Part shown: positions 1 through 15,495 of the stretch, piece after piece
Layout: each line of letters begins with the position of its first letter
Position numbering within the stretch: the first letter of the stretch is position 1
NCBI GenBank assembly: GCA_048013815.1
Contig: CM106586.1
Location: 16,802,001 to 16,866,000 of the forward strand
Length of the DNA stretch: 64,000 nt
Direction: 5' to 3'
Origin: Setoptus koraiensis
Taxonomy: Eukaryota > Animalia > Arthropoda
The notes under the pieces: model-generated
The model's database searches: none
What the model was told of the DNA's origin: nothing
Seen by the model: the letters and a program-made list of their open reading frames with translations, nothing else
Translations under genes and position numbers: made by a program

Positions 1-3000
1 TATATTATATATTTATGATATTTATATTTATCGGTTATTTTATATGTGTCGGTGTGTGGATATTTATTTATACTGGCACACGGACACTTGTATTATACAA
101 GTTGCAAAGATTTGCATATGGATAGCACATGGCCAGCGGGCGCACTTGTGCAACGTCGGCCAGCACGCGATACAAGCCAAGTTTTGTAATAACGCGCTAT
201 AATAACTGACACAACAACGGGCCTTGGCCGCAGCTTATGCAAATGGGCTCATTTAATATTTAGTGGCTAATATTTGGCATTTCAATATTCACAAGTGTCA
301 GTGCTCATTATTACGTGCCCGTTTCGATTTCGTTTAGATTGATGTGCGCGCCGAGAGTCGACTGTCGCTGCCGTTATGCGTTTGAGCCGTTGCTGTTGTG
401 GTTGTTGTGGTTGTTGCTGTTGCTGTTGCTGTTGTTGTGGTTGTTGTTGTTGTTGTTGCTGTTGTTGTTGGTGGTGTCGCTGTTGATGGCGCTGTTATGT
501 GTTGTCTGTCTGCGTAGTGATTGTTATAGTGGCGGTTGTTGGTGTGGTTGCCGTTGGTGTCGCTGCCGTTGGTGACGCTGCGAGCTGTAAAGGTCGCAGA
601 GGAGGAGGCCGCTCTGAGAGAATTGCCCGGCTAGTCGTGCATTGCGTGTAGGCCGACGTTCTGGCAGCAGAAATTGCCGGCCACAACGTCGGCCAACAAC
701 GTCGGGCCAAAAGAGTTAGGGCGCCCTGGCAAAGCCATAACGGCGTCGTAATGGCTGGCATGCACTGGCCAGCCACTTGTTGCATTCGATGGTGGCGACG
801 ACAATGAAAACCAACAGCAGCCAACAACAACAACAGCAGCCAACGACAGCCAACGACAGCCAACGACAACAAACAATCGGTGGCCATCCGATGGCAGGCA
901 CTGCTCAGCTGACGGCCGACACAACAGAAGCGCATTCGAAATAGCTGCCAAGACACCTGTATAATTGAATGAGCCAGCGCACCTGTGGAAGCCCGATGAA
1001 AGGTTAACTGTAATTCAGTTTTGTGCACGCGATAAGCCGCACAAGAGTGCCTCTTGTCAATCGCGCTTGTCGTTGTCGGTTGTGGCTGCTGTTGTTGTCG
1101 CTTGTCGTTGTCGGTTGTCGTTGTCGGTTGTTGCTGTCGGTTGTTGTTGTCGCTTGTCGTGGTTGCTGCTGTCGGTTGTCGTGGCTGCTGTTGGCGGTTG
1201 CAGCCAGTTGCAGTGTGACGCCGATAGTGCACCGTTGCAAAATGGTGAATAATAAATGGTGAATAAATGCGTTTAGCATGCAGCCGAACCGTAATGAAAT
1301 GGTAAATAATGCAGCCGAGACACAGAGCGAGCGAGCGAGCGGAGGCCCAACGAGCGCTTGTCTATTATCTCCGATGTGCGCTTGTCGTTGTCGTTGTCGT
1401 TGTTGTTGTCGTTGCTGTTGTTGCTGCTGTTGTTGTTGCCGGTGTTGCCGGTGTTGTCGTTGTTGCTGTTGTTGCCGTTGTTGCCGTTGTGCTCACCACT
1501 GCGACGGAGCTCAGTTGCCACAAGCACCGTCTACCTGGCCGCTGCCAATGCTGTCGCCTGTCAGTGCCAGCGCTATCCACGACGAGCTAACCCGTTGCCG
1601 CTGTTGGCTGCACGACAGCGACGCCAACAACGACGCCAACAACAACAACGACAGCAACAACAACGACAGCAACAACAACGGCGACGCCAACAGCGACTCA
1701 ACTGGCGCTCAATTACAAGCGACAGACTCGAACAGTTGGCAACAACCTTGAATTTCGTCGAGTTTCGTGCGCTGAAAGGAACGCAAACGCAACTCGCAAG
1801 CGCAATTGCAAAGTGAAGGAAAAGAGCGAGCGGAAAAAAACTAAAAATGGATGGTGGGCAAAACGAGCTGACAACGTCGAACAAAGGCCGCGCTGAACAA
1901 CAACAGCAACAGCAACAACAACGACAGCAGCAGCAGCAGCAACACCGACAACAACAACAGCAACAACAACAATGGCTGCAACGGATGAGTTTAAACAACG
2001 GCAACTACGGCACAGGTGAGCTCGCTTGTCAACTGGAGCAGCCCGTTAGCTGACAAGCTCGCTGGCTGCTGGCTGCTGGCATCAATCTCAACGAATTGTG
2101 CGTTTTGTGACGGCAATGTCAACAATTGTCGTATCAATTTGCGATGTTTACCCAACAATGATTGTAAGTCACTCGCAATCAGCATTGACAGTCAGCTGAT
2201 CATCGGTTGATCGGCCATCAGCTGATGCACTGAGGGCCACTCAGCTGATCCTGTGATGGCCAGTGACTGGCTGATTGACAATTGCAGTGAGTATGCAAAT
2301 TATGCTTATGCTGACTGATGGCACACAAACAGACACATGACACAAACAGCTGACAAGAGCGTATTGCGCAATATATTGTCAGTGGGTTTAAAGACACATT
2401 AGAGACACAAGCATACGTACGATTATATATGATATGATATGATGTGCTCATGGTGCACCTGTCACGCCATAATAAACACAACATACAACATATAATGTAC
2501 ACGTAATGACAGCGACCAGCTGACTTGTGAGGGCCAGTTGTCATTATGTTGTGAAACTGGCTTACTTATGTTTATGTTGTGACTCACAACTTGTGAGCAA
2601 ACTGCGCGCCTTACGCAACAAGCGCGCTGAGATTACAATTGTAAAAGCTGGCAGCAGCAGCGGCACTACCTGTAGTGTTGTCTGCAGGTAAACGGCAGGC
2701 GGCGCGACGAGCGGCCCAACAAGTGGTCGATTAGCGCACAACGGAGGTGTTGATTGGCGTTCGAACGGTGCGTTCGATGGCGTTGATAGTGCCGTTCGAT
2801 CAAGAGTTGCGCGTCCAATCAGGCGAGCGGGAATGCGCGCCCAAACCGGCCCAGTGTCCGCTGCGTCGGCTCGGAATTCATTAGCGCGCATTAGCTGGCC
2901 GCGTCTTGGCGAGCGGCGAGCGCTGCGACAGCTCGCCTGGCCCAAATCGGGCGACACCCTCGACCGACGGGCCGGCCGACTCACGCTAACCGGCGGCCGA

Positions 3001-4425
3001 CTCACGCTAACCGGCGGCCGACGCTTGCTTAGCGGCCGGCCGACGCTTGCTTAGCGGCCGGCCGACGCACGCTGACCGGCCGGCGAGCGAGCGGGCGAGC
3101 GAGCGAGCGGAAACAGTCTGGCGAGCCCGACTCGCTCGGGCTAATCAATCAATTTATGCAAATGCGCGACCGTCAGCCGATCCCTTCGGCCGTGGTCGGC
3201 GCTGTTGCTGGTGTCGCAGTCGGCGTCTCGGTCGTCGCTGGCGTCTCACAATGGTCAGTCGTTGTTGTTGTTGTTGCCGCTGTTGTTGCTGCTGTTGCTG
3301 TTGTTGCGACACAACTGTGCCGGCCACAAATATGGCACAGTTTGCGCCACACACGCATTGCGCAAGCGGCCAATCAGCGAGCTTGCGAGCCAGCTAATTA
3401 GTGATTAGCAATCAAGACTGGCGAAGAATCGCCAATTGTGCGCAATCGCATTCGCAACCAATTGGCCGCCAACGAGCCCATTATTGTAGCGGCCGGGTCA
3501 ATTAGTCTAATTGGCACTACGTCTGGCGTTACCAAGTGTGTATAAAACAAACTGCATTACATCACACTGCTAACAATATACTGTGTGGGCAACCTGATTT
3601 GCGTTCAATCGATGCGCGCCAACACACGAACCGGGTCGCATCCGGTCCGGCGCCGCTGTCATTGGCGACCCCTTATTTTTGCTTTTGCTTTTATGCTCGC
3701 TCGCTCTGTTTATTTTCGCTTTTATGCCCTCTCGTCCGGCGCATTTCTGCCTGGTCTGCACACGCCATCCACAGCGACATGCGAACAATTGAAAATTTTA
3801 AAATATTCCGCGCCGACGCTGCCACTTCCGGCCGCCGTCGGGCCCGGCCGGGCTCACAAGTTGTCGGGCCGCCGGGCTCACAAGTTGTCGGAGCTCACAA
3901 GTTGTCGGAGCTTGGAGCTCACAAGTTGCTGGAGCTTGGAGCGCCGAGCTGGGTGGCGAGTGGAGCCGGCCGCTCGGGCAGCGCATCAATTCGGTTTTAA
4001 TTGCAACTTCAGCGCCGAGCACATAATACATAATACATGATACATGATGAGATAATACACGATATATGATGAAGCGGCGATGCGAGCGCCAATCGGCCAT
4101 AAAATGCGGCCGTCCGATTTTACAGTCACTGTTTACTGTTTCGGCTCTGTTGTACCGACTATTGGAGGCTCTGTCAGAGATGGAGGCGCCCTAAAAGAGA
4201 GCCAATAAACGGTCGGCCGGTCAGTTAGCCAGTCGGCCGGTAGCTGGTGCGATCTCAGGTGAGACAACAAACACATATTACATTACCGTTATATTGTTAT
4301 TGTTTGCCGCTTTGTTGTTCCGATTGCTCGGCTCATTTGCATTAGTTGGCGAGCGCCGTCAGTCGTAGCGGACACACTTGTGAGCCGGCTCTTTTTTCGG
4401 CCGCTCTCATAGTTGTTGCACTGTC

Positions 4426-4426
4426 C

Positions 4427-4494
<68 letters not shown>
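4426..4494. repeat. Perfect (CAA)23 microsatellite
   Basis: Uninterrupted caa run read directly. It is typical of the many CAA/GTT tracts that generate the spurious poly-L/V/C/Q/T ORFs in the track. Confidence 0.95.
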
Positions 4495-4496
<2 letters not shown>

Positions 4497-7400
4497 AGAG
4501 TGATGCGGCCATAAACTGAACTGCGGCCCAACAGCCGGGCCGGGCCGGCCGGCCCGGCCCAGAACAGTTACGCCGCCAGGGGATAGGCAAACGAGATTTA
4601 AATGAAATGAGCGCCACGGGTCTAGGCGGGCCTGTTGAGCGTGATTAATCAATTAGCATGCCGTTGTTTGTGCGCCGTATATTGCCGTATATAACCGTTA
4701 TATTGTGACGGTACATGTAACGGGCCGCAAGCTTGCTTACGCAGCTCGCTCTTACTGTGTCGGGCCTGTTTGGCGTTCACCCTCGTGAGGTGGCGCTGCT
4801 GGCCAGCACAACTCGAACCAACAATCTGGTAGATAATTTGAAAATAATTGCAATTCGCAATCCACTCGAATTCCTCCCAAATCGCTCACATTTTGCGCTC
4901 CGAATCGCTCAAATTTCGCCTTCCGAATCGCTCAAATTTCGCCTTGCAAATCGCTCAAATTTTGCGTTCCAAGTCGCACAAACTTCGCGCTCCGAATTGC
5001 AGCCGTTCGTGGCCAGGTAGCCGGTCGCGGGCCGGCAGCGGCCAGGTAGCCGGTTGCGGGCCGGTCACAACTGGCCCGACGCGACAGCCCGAATTCCCGG
5101 CTGGAATTTGTCCGTTTTGAGCGCCGACTTGCAATATTTTGGCTTCAGTTACCTGAAAATATTGGCAGCAAGTATCGGCTCGCCGCCAACGTCGCAACCA
5201 ACTGTTGCTCGTCGGCGGTTTGTCCGACTAGCGAAACTGCGCCCGTCACAACGCGGCCAAACAGTTGCATTTGGCTAAATACGGATGCACGTTATTAATC
5301 AGCGAGCGAGCTGTGTCAGTGAAAATATGTTCAACTCAAAGGTGAAGGTTGACGGCTAACGAAGATGGCGCTCGTGTGCCAAGAGCGTGTTTATTGAAGG
5401 GCTCACGCCTAAACGGCACACGACCAATGATTACATCATCATAATGGTAAAATTCATATTATGAATTTCATAATTTGTGTCGACATTACACCTACCCGCT
5501 ATCGCTGCTGGCCCGATCGCTGGGCAATAATCGGAGGGCAAGCGCGTAATGAGTATTAATAAGTATCTTATACTAGTTGTAAGTGGGCAGCCGCTCGCTC
5601 GCCGAGCTGGGGCCGCTTACAATTAGCGGCGAACCCGACAGGTAGAGCGACAAGCGAGACGGCGCCTGGCGGTGATTTATTGATTTATTGTTGTTTGTTG
5701 TTGTGTCGACTGGCGAGGCCGTTGCGCGGCGCAACAATTGCGGGCTCGCCGGCTCGCGCAACGTCGGCTCGCCCGCTATCGGCTGACTCGGCGTCGTCTC
5801 GCCGGGTATCGGCTGACTCGGCGTCGGCTGACTCGGCGTCGGCTGACTCAACGTCGGCTCGCGCGACACAACGACATCCGCAAGTGACGTTGTGATTAGT
5901 GTGACAGTTGTGATTGGCGTGTCACATTTGTCGCCGTCAGACAGTGACGCCGGCCCGAGCGACAGGTGAATTGTTTGATGAGACGACGCCAGTGGCGCGA
6001 TCGTCGGCAGCCCACCTGGCTGGCGCTGTTTGCTGCTTTTTTGTGTGCCGCTGTCAGTTGTAATTATTATGTAATGACATGCGCTATTAAAACAACATCC
6101 TTGTCGGTGTGTGTGTGTGTGTCATAGACGACTTAATAACTCACCTATGTTACCTGTGCTACCTGTGCCCTCTTTGCATATCACCCATGGGCCGGCAGCG
6201 GTTGCAGTTGCGCAACAGGCGCATATTGTTGACATCATCACCACTGACAACTAATAATGAATGTGAACTAATAATGCTTTTAATGTTAATGTTGTGCATA
6301 GCAGTTTGCGACGCAACATTAGCAGTATCGGCATGTATGCAATGGCCCAGTAATGGATACAAGCAGCTAAAGATGAAACATTGCAATGCAAATGCGAATG
6401 CAAACACCGCTTACGTAACTCACAATGTCACATGTTGGCCGACAGAGAGTGTTGCTGTCGTTGTTGTCGCTGTTGTCGGTTGTTGGTTTTGCTTTTTATT
6501 CTGATTATTATGTCAATGCAGCTGATCAATTATTTCTATCTGTAGTTGAGCAGTGGCGCCTGAGCTCGTAGGCGTCGCTGCCCAACTACAACTACCGCTC
6601 AACCACAACTACGACAACCGCTCACCTACAACTACAACAACCGATCAACTACAACCAGTAGAAACACTCATGTGCAGCCAACTTGAGTTGAACAGCAAGC
6701 AGCAAAAGTATAAACTGTCCGGCGAAATATTTTCTGATAATTGTGTCAGTGAGCCTGTGTGCCAATTGACAGAAGCGGCACAACGAGTGCCCTAGGTGAG
6801 TGGTCAATCGTGTGCCACAATGACCAAATTATTATTATTATTATTGTTGTTATTATTGCTCCATTCCATTGGCCAATTCGACAGCTTGTCAGACAGTCAG
6901 ACAGTCAGCTGACAACCTGTTACTGACGCAAGCAACTGGAGCAACTTCAAGTTGAAGGTTTATTGACATTGTTGTCTCACAACGTTGTCAGCTGTGTCGT
7001 TGGCGGACAATACTGTCCGTCAAGTGGAGTTAACCCTTTTGCCGGACTCTTGGCCGTTTCACTGCAACGGCCCTCGCTTCCACCGGCCGTTGGCACATTG
7101 TGCCGGGCACAATCGACATCAGCTGTTGTTGGCAGTTGTCGAACACGACACCGCAACAACAATGACAACTGTCACAATGTCATAATACATGTCGCAAGCG
7201 TGCACTGCAAAATGCGCGCTGCCGGGCCGAGCTCGCCAACAGTGTCAGTCTGACAGTGTTAGTCTGACAGTGTCAGATGGAGCGATTTAGATCAGCCGGT
7301 AAGTGCATCAATGTGTCACGATATTACTGTGGCGACTGTCAAAGTTGTCGTGTTGTGACAGGGCCTTCACCTGTCACAACACGACGATATTCACGCGCTC

Positions 7401-9690
7401 TTGAGCGCAAACTGTCCAACTGTCACAACTTGTGGCGCACAAGTGGACAGGTAGCCTATCTGTCAGATATCTGTCAGACGGGCTCGCATCAGATGGGCAC
7501 GCACAGAGAAATATTCACGAGTGACGCGTGAATATTTGTCTCGTGCGTTGTTTTCGTGCGCCGTCGCGCCGTTTCCTGTCACCGTGAGTCACGGTGACAG
7601 TGTCACGACACGCCAGGTTCACGGGTGAATCGCGGGCGACCGGCGGCACCTTTGCGCAACCTTTCGGGGCAGTTGGCATTCGGCAGTTGGCATTCGGCAA
7701 AGTGCAATGCAAACAGCAAACGCAAATATTGGTACGTATTCATTTGTGAATACCGACCCGACCGACGCTAACGAGGGTCGCGTCGCAAGTCTCAACGTTG
7801 GCAGTGCAACCTCGAGAGGGTATTTCAAATTTAAATACCGTTCAAATACCGTATTTGTGCAAGTCAGTGATCTCTCGCAATTGATCTCTCGCAACTTTTG
7901 AATCGCAAGTCGGCGAGATGCGGCTCGCCGATTACTGTCTCATTATCTATGTCACTCATGATTGCGCTAGCCATAGATGGAGCTAGTGGAAATTGCTGGC
8001 GCCTGCACGCAGATGCGCCGAGCCGCAGTATAGATAATAAATGATGAAACAAGCGATTCCAATTGAAAGTCGTCGCTCGCTTGCTGCATGAATCGCATGC
8101 GATAACCATAAATAATATCTAGTTTGGTTTCAATTTCATCACTTCGAATTCGCTTCACAGGCCCGAGCGAGAGCCGCGAATAAAGTTGCAAATGCAGCCG
8201 ATATAAATAAGCGATTCCGACTAGCGAGCCGATTTAATTAGCATTAATACATCATCTGGCTGATGATGATGACGCCACTTTTATATATTTATACGACTCT
8301 TGATATTTATAACTGTACCGGCCGACTCACGCAGATTGCCGTTGAGTCGCGCTGAGCCGCCTCTGAGCCGCCTTTGAGTCGTCTTTGGGTCGCCGCTGAG
8401 CCGCCTTTGAGTCGTCTTTGGGTCGCCTTTGAGTCGTCTCTTGGTCGCCATTGAGTCGCCTCTGAGCAACGCCTGAGTCGCGCCTGAGTCGCCTCTAGGT
8501 CGCGCCTGAGTCGCGCCTGAGTCGCCTCTAGGTCGCGCCTGAGTCGCGCGCCATTACGCTGGTGTTCGGGCGCGGGCTTGTGTGAGTCGCCGGCGAGCCG
8601 GCGGCCTGTGACGGCCCCCGCGACTCAGCGCGCGCTGCGGCTGTCGCTGCGCGTCGCTCCCGAGTCGGTCCAGAGTCGGGCTCAACTCTTGCCGCAAGCT
8701 GTGCCGACAGCGACGACGCCGTGAGTCGGGCTTGCGCGGCTGCCGGCCGGGGGCGGGTGCGGGCAGCGCTCGGCAAGGTTCAAGTTGAGCCGGTTGTTGA
8801 GCCTGCTACTACTAGGCTCAGCGCGGCCCAGTACGATGAATGGCAACAGCGCCAGCAACAACAAAGAGCCAAACAACAACAACGACACCAACAGCAACAG
8901 CAACAACGGCAACAACAACAACGGCATCGTCGTCACTTGCAAATGGCGAACAAACAAGCGATGACGTTGCCTGGGTAACAGTTTGCTTTTCGCCATTGAG
9001 CCGAGCACAACAACTCGCCAGACGAGCGACGTAACGAGGCGCAGCCAACAATTGGCAATAAAGAAGCGAGCGAGACAAAAATCAAAACAACCAAACAACA
9101 CAAAAACAACAACAATCATCGCTCGTCGTTGGCCTACAGCGGCAACCACAGCGACACCAACAACAACAACAACAGCGACACAACAGCAGCGACACAACAA
9201 CAGCGACACAACAACAACAAAGACAACAACAACAGCAACAGTTGTTATCGCAATTAGTGGGCTCGTGCATACAAATAGCGGCCATTAGCGAGTTGAGGCA
9301 ACAACAACAGCGACGACGACGCGCCAGAGAACACGTCACTGCACGTTCCGCGAACAACAGCAAGCGACACGAGAGCGCGGCACAAACAAAGTGATTGATT
9401 GGTTATCGCGCGCGAGTTAATTAGCGCATCGAGATCAATATCGCACGGCAAGTCGCAACAATAACAAGAACATCGCACAGCAAGTCACAACAATAACAAG
9501 AATATCACATCACACACATACGAGAATATCGCACAGCAAACGACAACAATAATGAGAATATCGCTCGGCAAATCGCAACAATAATAAGAATTGTTTGGGT
9601 GTATTGTGCCACCATTGTGCCATCATTGTGCCATCGCAAGCGGCCAATTGTCGCCAATTATTACAGTGATAATATCCTGCTGCTAGCACC

Positions 9691-9791
9691 AGCATCGACA
9701 GCACCGACGGCATCGACAGCATCGACAGCACCGACAGCATCGACAGCATCGACAGCATCGACAACATCGACAACATCGACAACATCGACAG
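9691..9791. repeat. 9-bp tandem repeat (agcatcgac/aacatcgac), ~11 copies
   Basis: Read directly; degenerate head-to-tail copies without spacers. Confidence 0.9.
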
Positions 9792-11766
9792 CCAGCCAGC
9801 GAGCTAGCCGCCGAGAGAACAAGTGCAACAAAACAAGTGCAACAATTGGAACATCGCCGTTTGTTTGTGTCATATTGGCACACGACGACAACAACAACAA
9901 CAACAACAATTATTATCACATAGTTGCATTGTGTCGCACAATTCAACAGCCAGTCTCATTATTGTCGCCGTCACAGCTAAATTGATCCAATCAATCAGAT
10001 TAGAGCAGATTTAGCATTGGGCACCAAGCCAGCCACTAGTCACTGCATTGCGCTGGGCACGCCGGGGCACGACAAGCGCCGACGCAACAACCGACGCGAC
10101 AGCCGACGCAACAACCGCGCAACAACCGGCGGGACACACTCTGTGAGCGGCCCGTTTCACCGGTGAGTGTAGTGCCCACACAATACCCACCCACAGTACC
10201 CCCAGACAGCGTGTGGCGACATTGTGATTGGGTTGCAAAAGTGCATTGCATCACGCACACGTAGTATCGTCGACGGTTGGCACAATTGTATCAATTAATT
10301 AACATTAGCAGCCGGCAACGACAAGCAAGCGACGGCGCAACGAGCAAGCAAACAAGCGCAACGAGCAAGCAAACAAGCACAACAAGCAAGCAAACAAGCA
10401 CAACGAGTGCCAATAGCAACAGCGACAATCACCTGTTGTGTAATCGAAACATGGAAGGATGAAGAGTTGACACCAATTACTATTTCCCATATCGCACACA
10501 CCATCGGCGCAACTATCGGCGCGACTATCGATGCAACTATTCAGCATGACACAACTATTTACTAGGTGAGTTACTAGCAACTCTGACTCACAGTCTCTGT
10601 CGGAGTCTGTGAGCCGTCGCTCGAGACGAGCCGACAATAATACAACATTGTGAGATAATAATACTAATAAGGCGCTAATAACGCGACCGAGCTCGAGCTG
10701 GTCGTGCTGCTATTAATACGCTGCTGCCGCCGCTGCTAATACAACAGCCAGTGCAACAGCCAATGCAACAGCCAATAACAAAGAGTATATCACGCGACAG
10801 CGCTGCTGATGTTGTCGGTGTCGGTGTCGTCAAGTCGCATACTTTTAGTTGTTCAGCTCATTTCGCGTCGTCGCCATTTATCGCCCATCACCTGAACTAT
10901 CTACGACTAGCTACTGATCCATAGCATAGAGTACAGTGTGTAATGTTAGTGGGCGCATTGTTGGTGCACTCATTACACTCATTACACATATTGCGCGACG
11001 CAATCGAGTATTGGAGTATTGATATTGGCACAATGCACAACATTACATAACAACTGTTGCGACTAATCTGCTACCAACAAATACATAAATATACAGTATA
11101 AGTATATAAATATATACTTGTACATATAGTACTGTACCGGTATATATAGAGGGCAGATTCACGAGGCATGATTCATAGAAGCAAATTCAGAAGCAGATTG
11201 CCTCGCACAACCACTGACAACTCGCGCTTTGCTACTCACTATTTACACTCACAATATTTATAACTATTTATAGCTCACCTGTCCGCCTCACCTGTTCTCA
11301 CCTGTTCTCACCTGAGCGCTTCTCGTGCCCAGTTGTAACAGCGTCAATAAGCACTGTCGCCAACTCGCACTGTCGAGCACTGCCGAGCACTGTCGAGCAC
11401 TGCAGCAAGTCGAGCACTCATTACGCCGTACTAACCATTATCGTTATTATCGTTATTATCGCTATTATCGTCTCTCCAATATCCAATATCCAATAATCAA
11501 TCCATTCAATCGGCCCCCTCAATCGGCGCCTGAACTCAACATTGTCAACATTGTCGACATTGTTCGTCCGCACATCATCGACATTAACTGTCCGCAACTC
11601 GTCAATGCAAATTTGTCCGCAACAGCAACAAATTTGACCCATTGTGAGTGACACCAAACGTGAAACGTCCATCGACAAATGACAAATGTGAGCACATCGA
11701 CAAACAAAGTGAACGACAAACAACAAACAAACAAACGACCAATACAAACAATCACCAATCAAAACT

Positions 11767-14700
11767 ATGGCCATTAACGGCCCTGGTGGTGTGCCCAGTT
11801 ACTACACAGCCAGCCAGCACCAGCAAGACCATAATATTGCATTCATCAACCAGCAAACCAGCAGCAACGGCAAACAACAAAATTTACAACTATTCACTTG
11901 CAACGATTTCAGCAAGCAGCACCAATCATTGGCGCCCATTGCGCCACCGCCAAGGTTACGTCACCACACAACAGTAGCAGCGCCAACAGCGCCGCCGCCG
12001 CCAACAACAACAACAACGGCACCAACAACAACACACAACAGCAACAACAACAACACCAGCAGACTAAATAATCATATTACGTCATCGTCGGTGATAAACA
12101 ACAGCAACCACAATGATTCGCCGCTATTGTCAAACTACAACTACAAATTGTCAACGGCGGCCAACGGCGCCGCCACAGGACCCCAGCGGGGCCACCAGCG
12201 CCGCCAATCGGTGGCTCGCCTGTTGCCCGACATCAGCAAACTGAGGCTGCTCAGCTGGCTGGTGGAGGCCTCAAACGAAATGATAAACTGTGATATGGCC
12301 ATAATGGACGGCGTGTACGCCAAGTTAAATCACAGCCAGGAGTCGCTGTTGTTCTGGTCGGCGCCCGCGCCCCCGCAGCCCGTGGCGTGCGGCGCGTCGC
12401 CCCACCTGTCGCCGGTGGCACCGCGGGCCGGCGGGCTCATGTTCTCAGCCGCGTCAGCACAATCCATCGACAGCAACTCGTCGTCGGGCTCGCTGCGGAC
12501 GCTGCGGGCCCACGAGCACCTGTGCGGCCTCAATTCTGCCTGCCGGCAGCGCCAAGCGGGCGCCGGCTCGCCCAAACTAAACGCAACAAACTATACGCGG
12601 CAAATTAGCGGCAATTGTGAATGTCAATTTCCGGCCCCGGGTGAGCGCCGGGCCGGAAATGAATTGTGCGACAAGACAAACAGTGAGCAATCTAGTCAGC
12701 AACCTAGCGGCAAACGTGAGCAAAAGGCTGCCAAAATGAGCAAGAAACAATTGAAGGAGCAGCGAAAACAGGAAGAGAAACTGAGACAGCAACAGGACAA
12801 ACTGATGTCGTTGTCGCTGGCCAACGACGACGATGTCGCCCCAGTCGACACAACAACAGCGACAACAACAGCAACGGCAACAACAACAACAACAACAACA
12901 ACGGCAACAACCAACGTTCAGAGGCCGGCCACAATTTGTGATCAACACACAACATTGACAAACTGTGAAATCAACCACGACACAGGTGAACCGTCGTCGC
13001 CGCTCGCCTGTGCCGTGCGGCTACCCGTCGACCCGAGCGCGGCCCGGGGCTCGTCGTCGGGCTCGTCCACCTCGTCCTTCATATCGGGCGCCAGCGACCA
13101 CGGCTCGTCGTCGGTCAACTCGACGCCCACCTCCTCGTCGCCGCCAACAATATTTGATTCGCCGCTCACCGACCAACTGCAATTGGTGGCGGCCGAACAA
13201 TCGCCATACGCCATGTTTGCGCACGCGTCGTCGCTGTCGCCCTCGTCGGCGCCCTGCTCGCCCAGCTCGCCCGATCCGCTGCCCGCGCCCGTCGCGGTCG
13301 GCCCGACGAGCGGTGCTGACCAGCAGCAGCAGCAGCAAGCGGCAAGTGCGGCCCGCGCCGAGAAGGGCACCGAAAACATTCTGATGCGCATAATATCGCG
13401 CCTGCCCAAAGATCGCAACAACATAAAGTCGGCCTCGCTGTTGCGCAACCAGCGGCTGTTCTCGTCGAGCGGCGGCCCGGCCGCCGCCGGCGCCGACCCG
13501 AGCGACCTCGAGTCGGCCAAGCGGCTGAGCTTGCGCAACCACGAGAACGCCTCCTCGGCTTGCAGCGAGCCGGGCGCCGTGCGGCCGGAAGTGGAGCAAG
13601 TGAGCAGCAAGTGCGGCGACGATCTCGACCAGGGATTCGAGGAGGACTTCAATTGCGACGACGACTCGCTGTCGTGCTCGCGCCAGGACAGCATCACGCT
13701 GTCGGACAATTTGGTGGGCGCGGCGCCGGGCAGTTGGCCCGGTGCGGACGCCGACCCGCTACCGGACGACCGGCAAGTGGGGGGCGAGGGTCAAGTGCAC
13801 TTGTTTTCAATGGAGCGCACGGGCAGCGCGGACGGGCCGACGGGCATGTGCGTCAGTTTGCACGATCTCAGCGGCGGCCCGACTGTGCATAATAATAACG
13901 ACGACGATAATCATAATAATAATCATGCCCGCTTTTGCGATACCGGTAGTGGGCGGGCGGACGACCCGGCTTCAGACGCGGCGCACCACCGGGTAATGAC
14001 GGCAAACCGGAAGTTGCAGCACTATCAATCATCCAATTCGCTCACCATGTCCAATGTGTCGTTGGCGCCACCGTTTGCGTTGCAAAATAAATCCTGCCAA
14101 TGTTACGAGGAGCGCCAGTGCCGGCTGCTGGCGGGCCAGTCGTCGGGCAGGCGGCGCGCGTCCGTGCAGCGGCGGCTGGCCGCGCGCAACCCGTTGCAAC
14201 AATCTCACAACAACAACAACAACAACGCCAACAACGGCGCCGGTGATACAAACAACAATGACGACGGATTAGCGGATTCGGCGTCGCTGTTGTCGGGCCA
14301 AAATAGTCAGACGAGGCCAATTATGAGCGCGGCCACCCTAAGTGATATTATCCGTCAAATAGTTATGGATCACAACAAATTAAGCCGGCTACTGCAATCG
14401 ATCATAACGCGATACGACGCCGAGCGACTGCTTGTCATGTCGGCAACAGCTGACCAGCAGCACCAACAGCAACAACAGCAACCACATCAGCAACAACAAC
14501 AGCAACAACAACAACAACAGCAGCAGCAAGATACGGCCGGCGAGCAACAGCAACAACTGCTGAACAACGGTCATCGCATCGACATCAGTGCCATTCTGAA
14601 CGCGCTCGACGAGTGCTCTTGCAATTGCCACCACCACAACCGTCACCACCACCACCACCACCATCACCACCACCACCACCACAACAACCAGTCGCTAATC

Positions 14701-15455
14701 GGCTGCTCGGCGCCCGATCACCTGTTGCGGCAATCTCACCTGTTGAAACAATCGCCGGCCGACAGCGGCCAGCCAATGAGTTTGTTGACGCCGTCGAGCG
14801 AGCGCCAGTTGTGTCAATTGGGCGACTCGTTCGGTCAGGCGGACAGTGATACGACAACAACAACAACAACAACAACAACGGCAACAACCGCGCAGCAAGC
14901 CAACAACAACAACAACAAGTCCGTGAAGCGCCCCAAGCGGTTCAAGGGCAAATCGAAGAAGAACAACAGCGGGCACGACGACGCCGCCTCCGTCCAGCTT
15001 CCGGCCAAATGGTGCGAAAATTGCAGCGAGAACCACTTTGAGGCCTGGTTCGAGAGCGTGGCCGCGGCGCACGACATGACCGACCTCACGGGCCACTTTT
15101 CCGCCGCGGACCACGTGACAACGGGGGGCGGTGGCGGCAAAATGTCAAACAACGGCAAGCAGCAGCAGCAACAGCAGCAGCAATTGAACGTGGGCCAAAA
15201 GAACGCAAATCTCATCAAGCTCATTCAGCAAGAGGTCAGGGCGACCCTGCTGAGGTCCATTGAATTGATTGACCTGATCAGAAAGCAGATAAAATCGCCA
15301 GAGTCCATTCAGCAGCGGCACCTGTTGCGTTGCTTCGCAAACTCCATTCACCTGTTGACAAGTGTTGGCTGTTACGTGATGCCGGCGCAGGATGTTTACA
15401 ATCATTTCAATCAGTTGATTACCAGCAACGCAAACGGGCCCACCAATTCAAGCGC

Positions 15456-15495
<40 letters not shown>

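Noticed and set aside
315-11651. Dozens of short ORFs rich in L/V/C/Q/T/N (also 26.7-39.5 kb and 56-64 kb)
   Set aside because: They are translations of CAA/GTT/GT microsatellites, open in several frames at once, often with TTG/GTG starts and no domain.
12942-13709. 255-aa and other antisense or alternative-frame ORFs overlapping the 1750-aa gene (similarly 19218-19928 and 23692-24174 over the monooxygenases)
   Set aside because: Shadow ORFs of GC-rich coding DNA.
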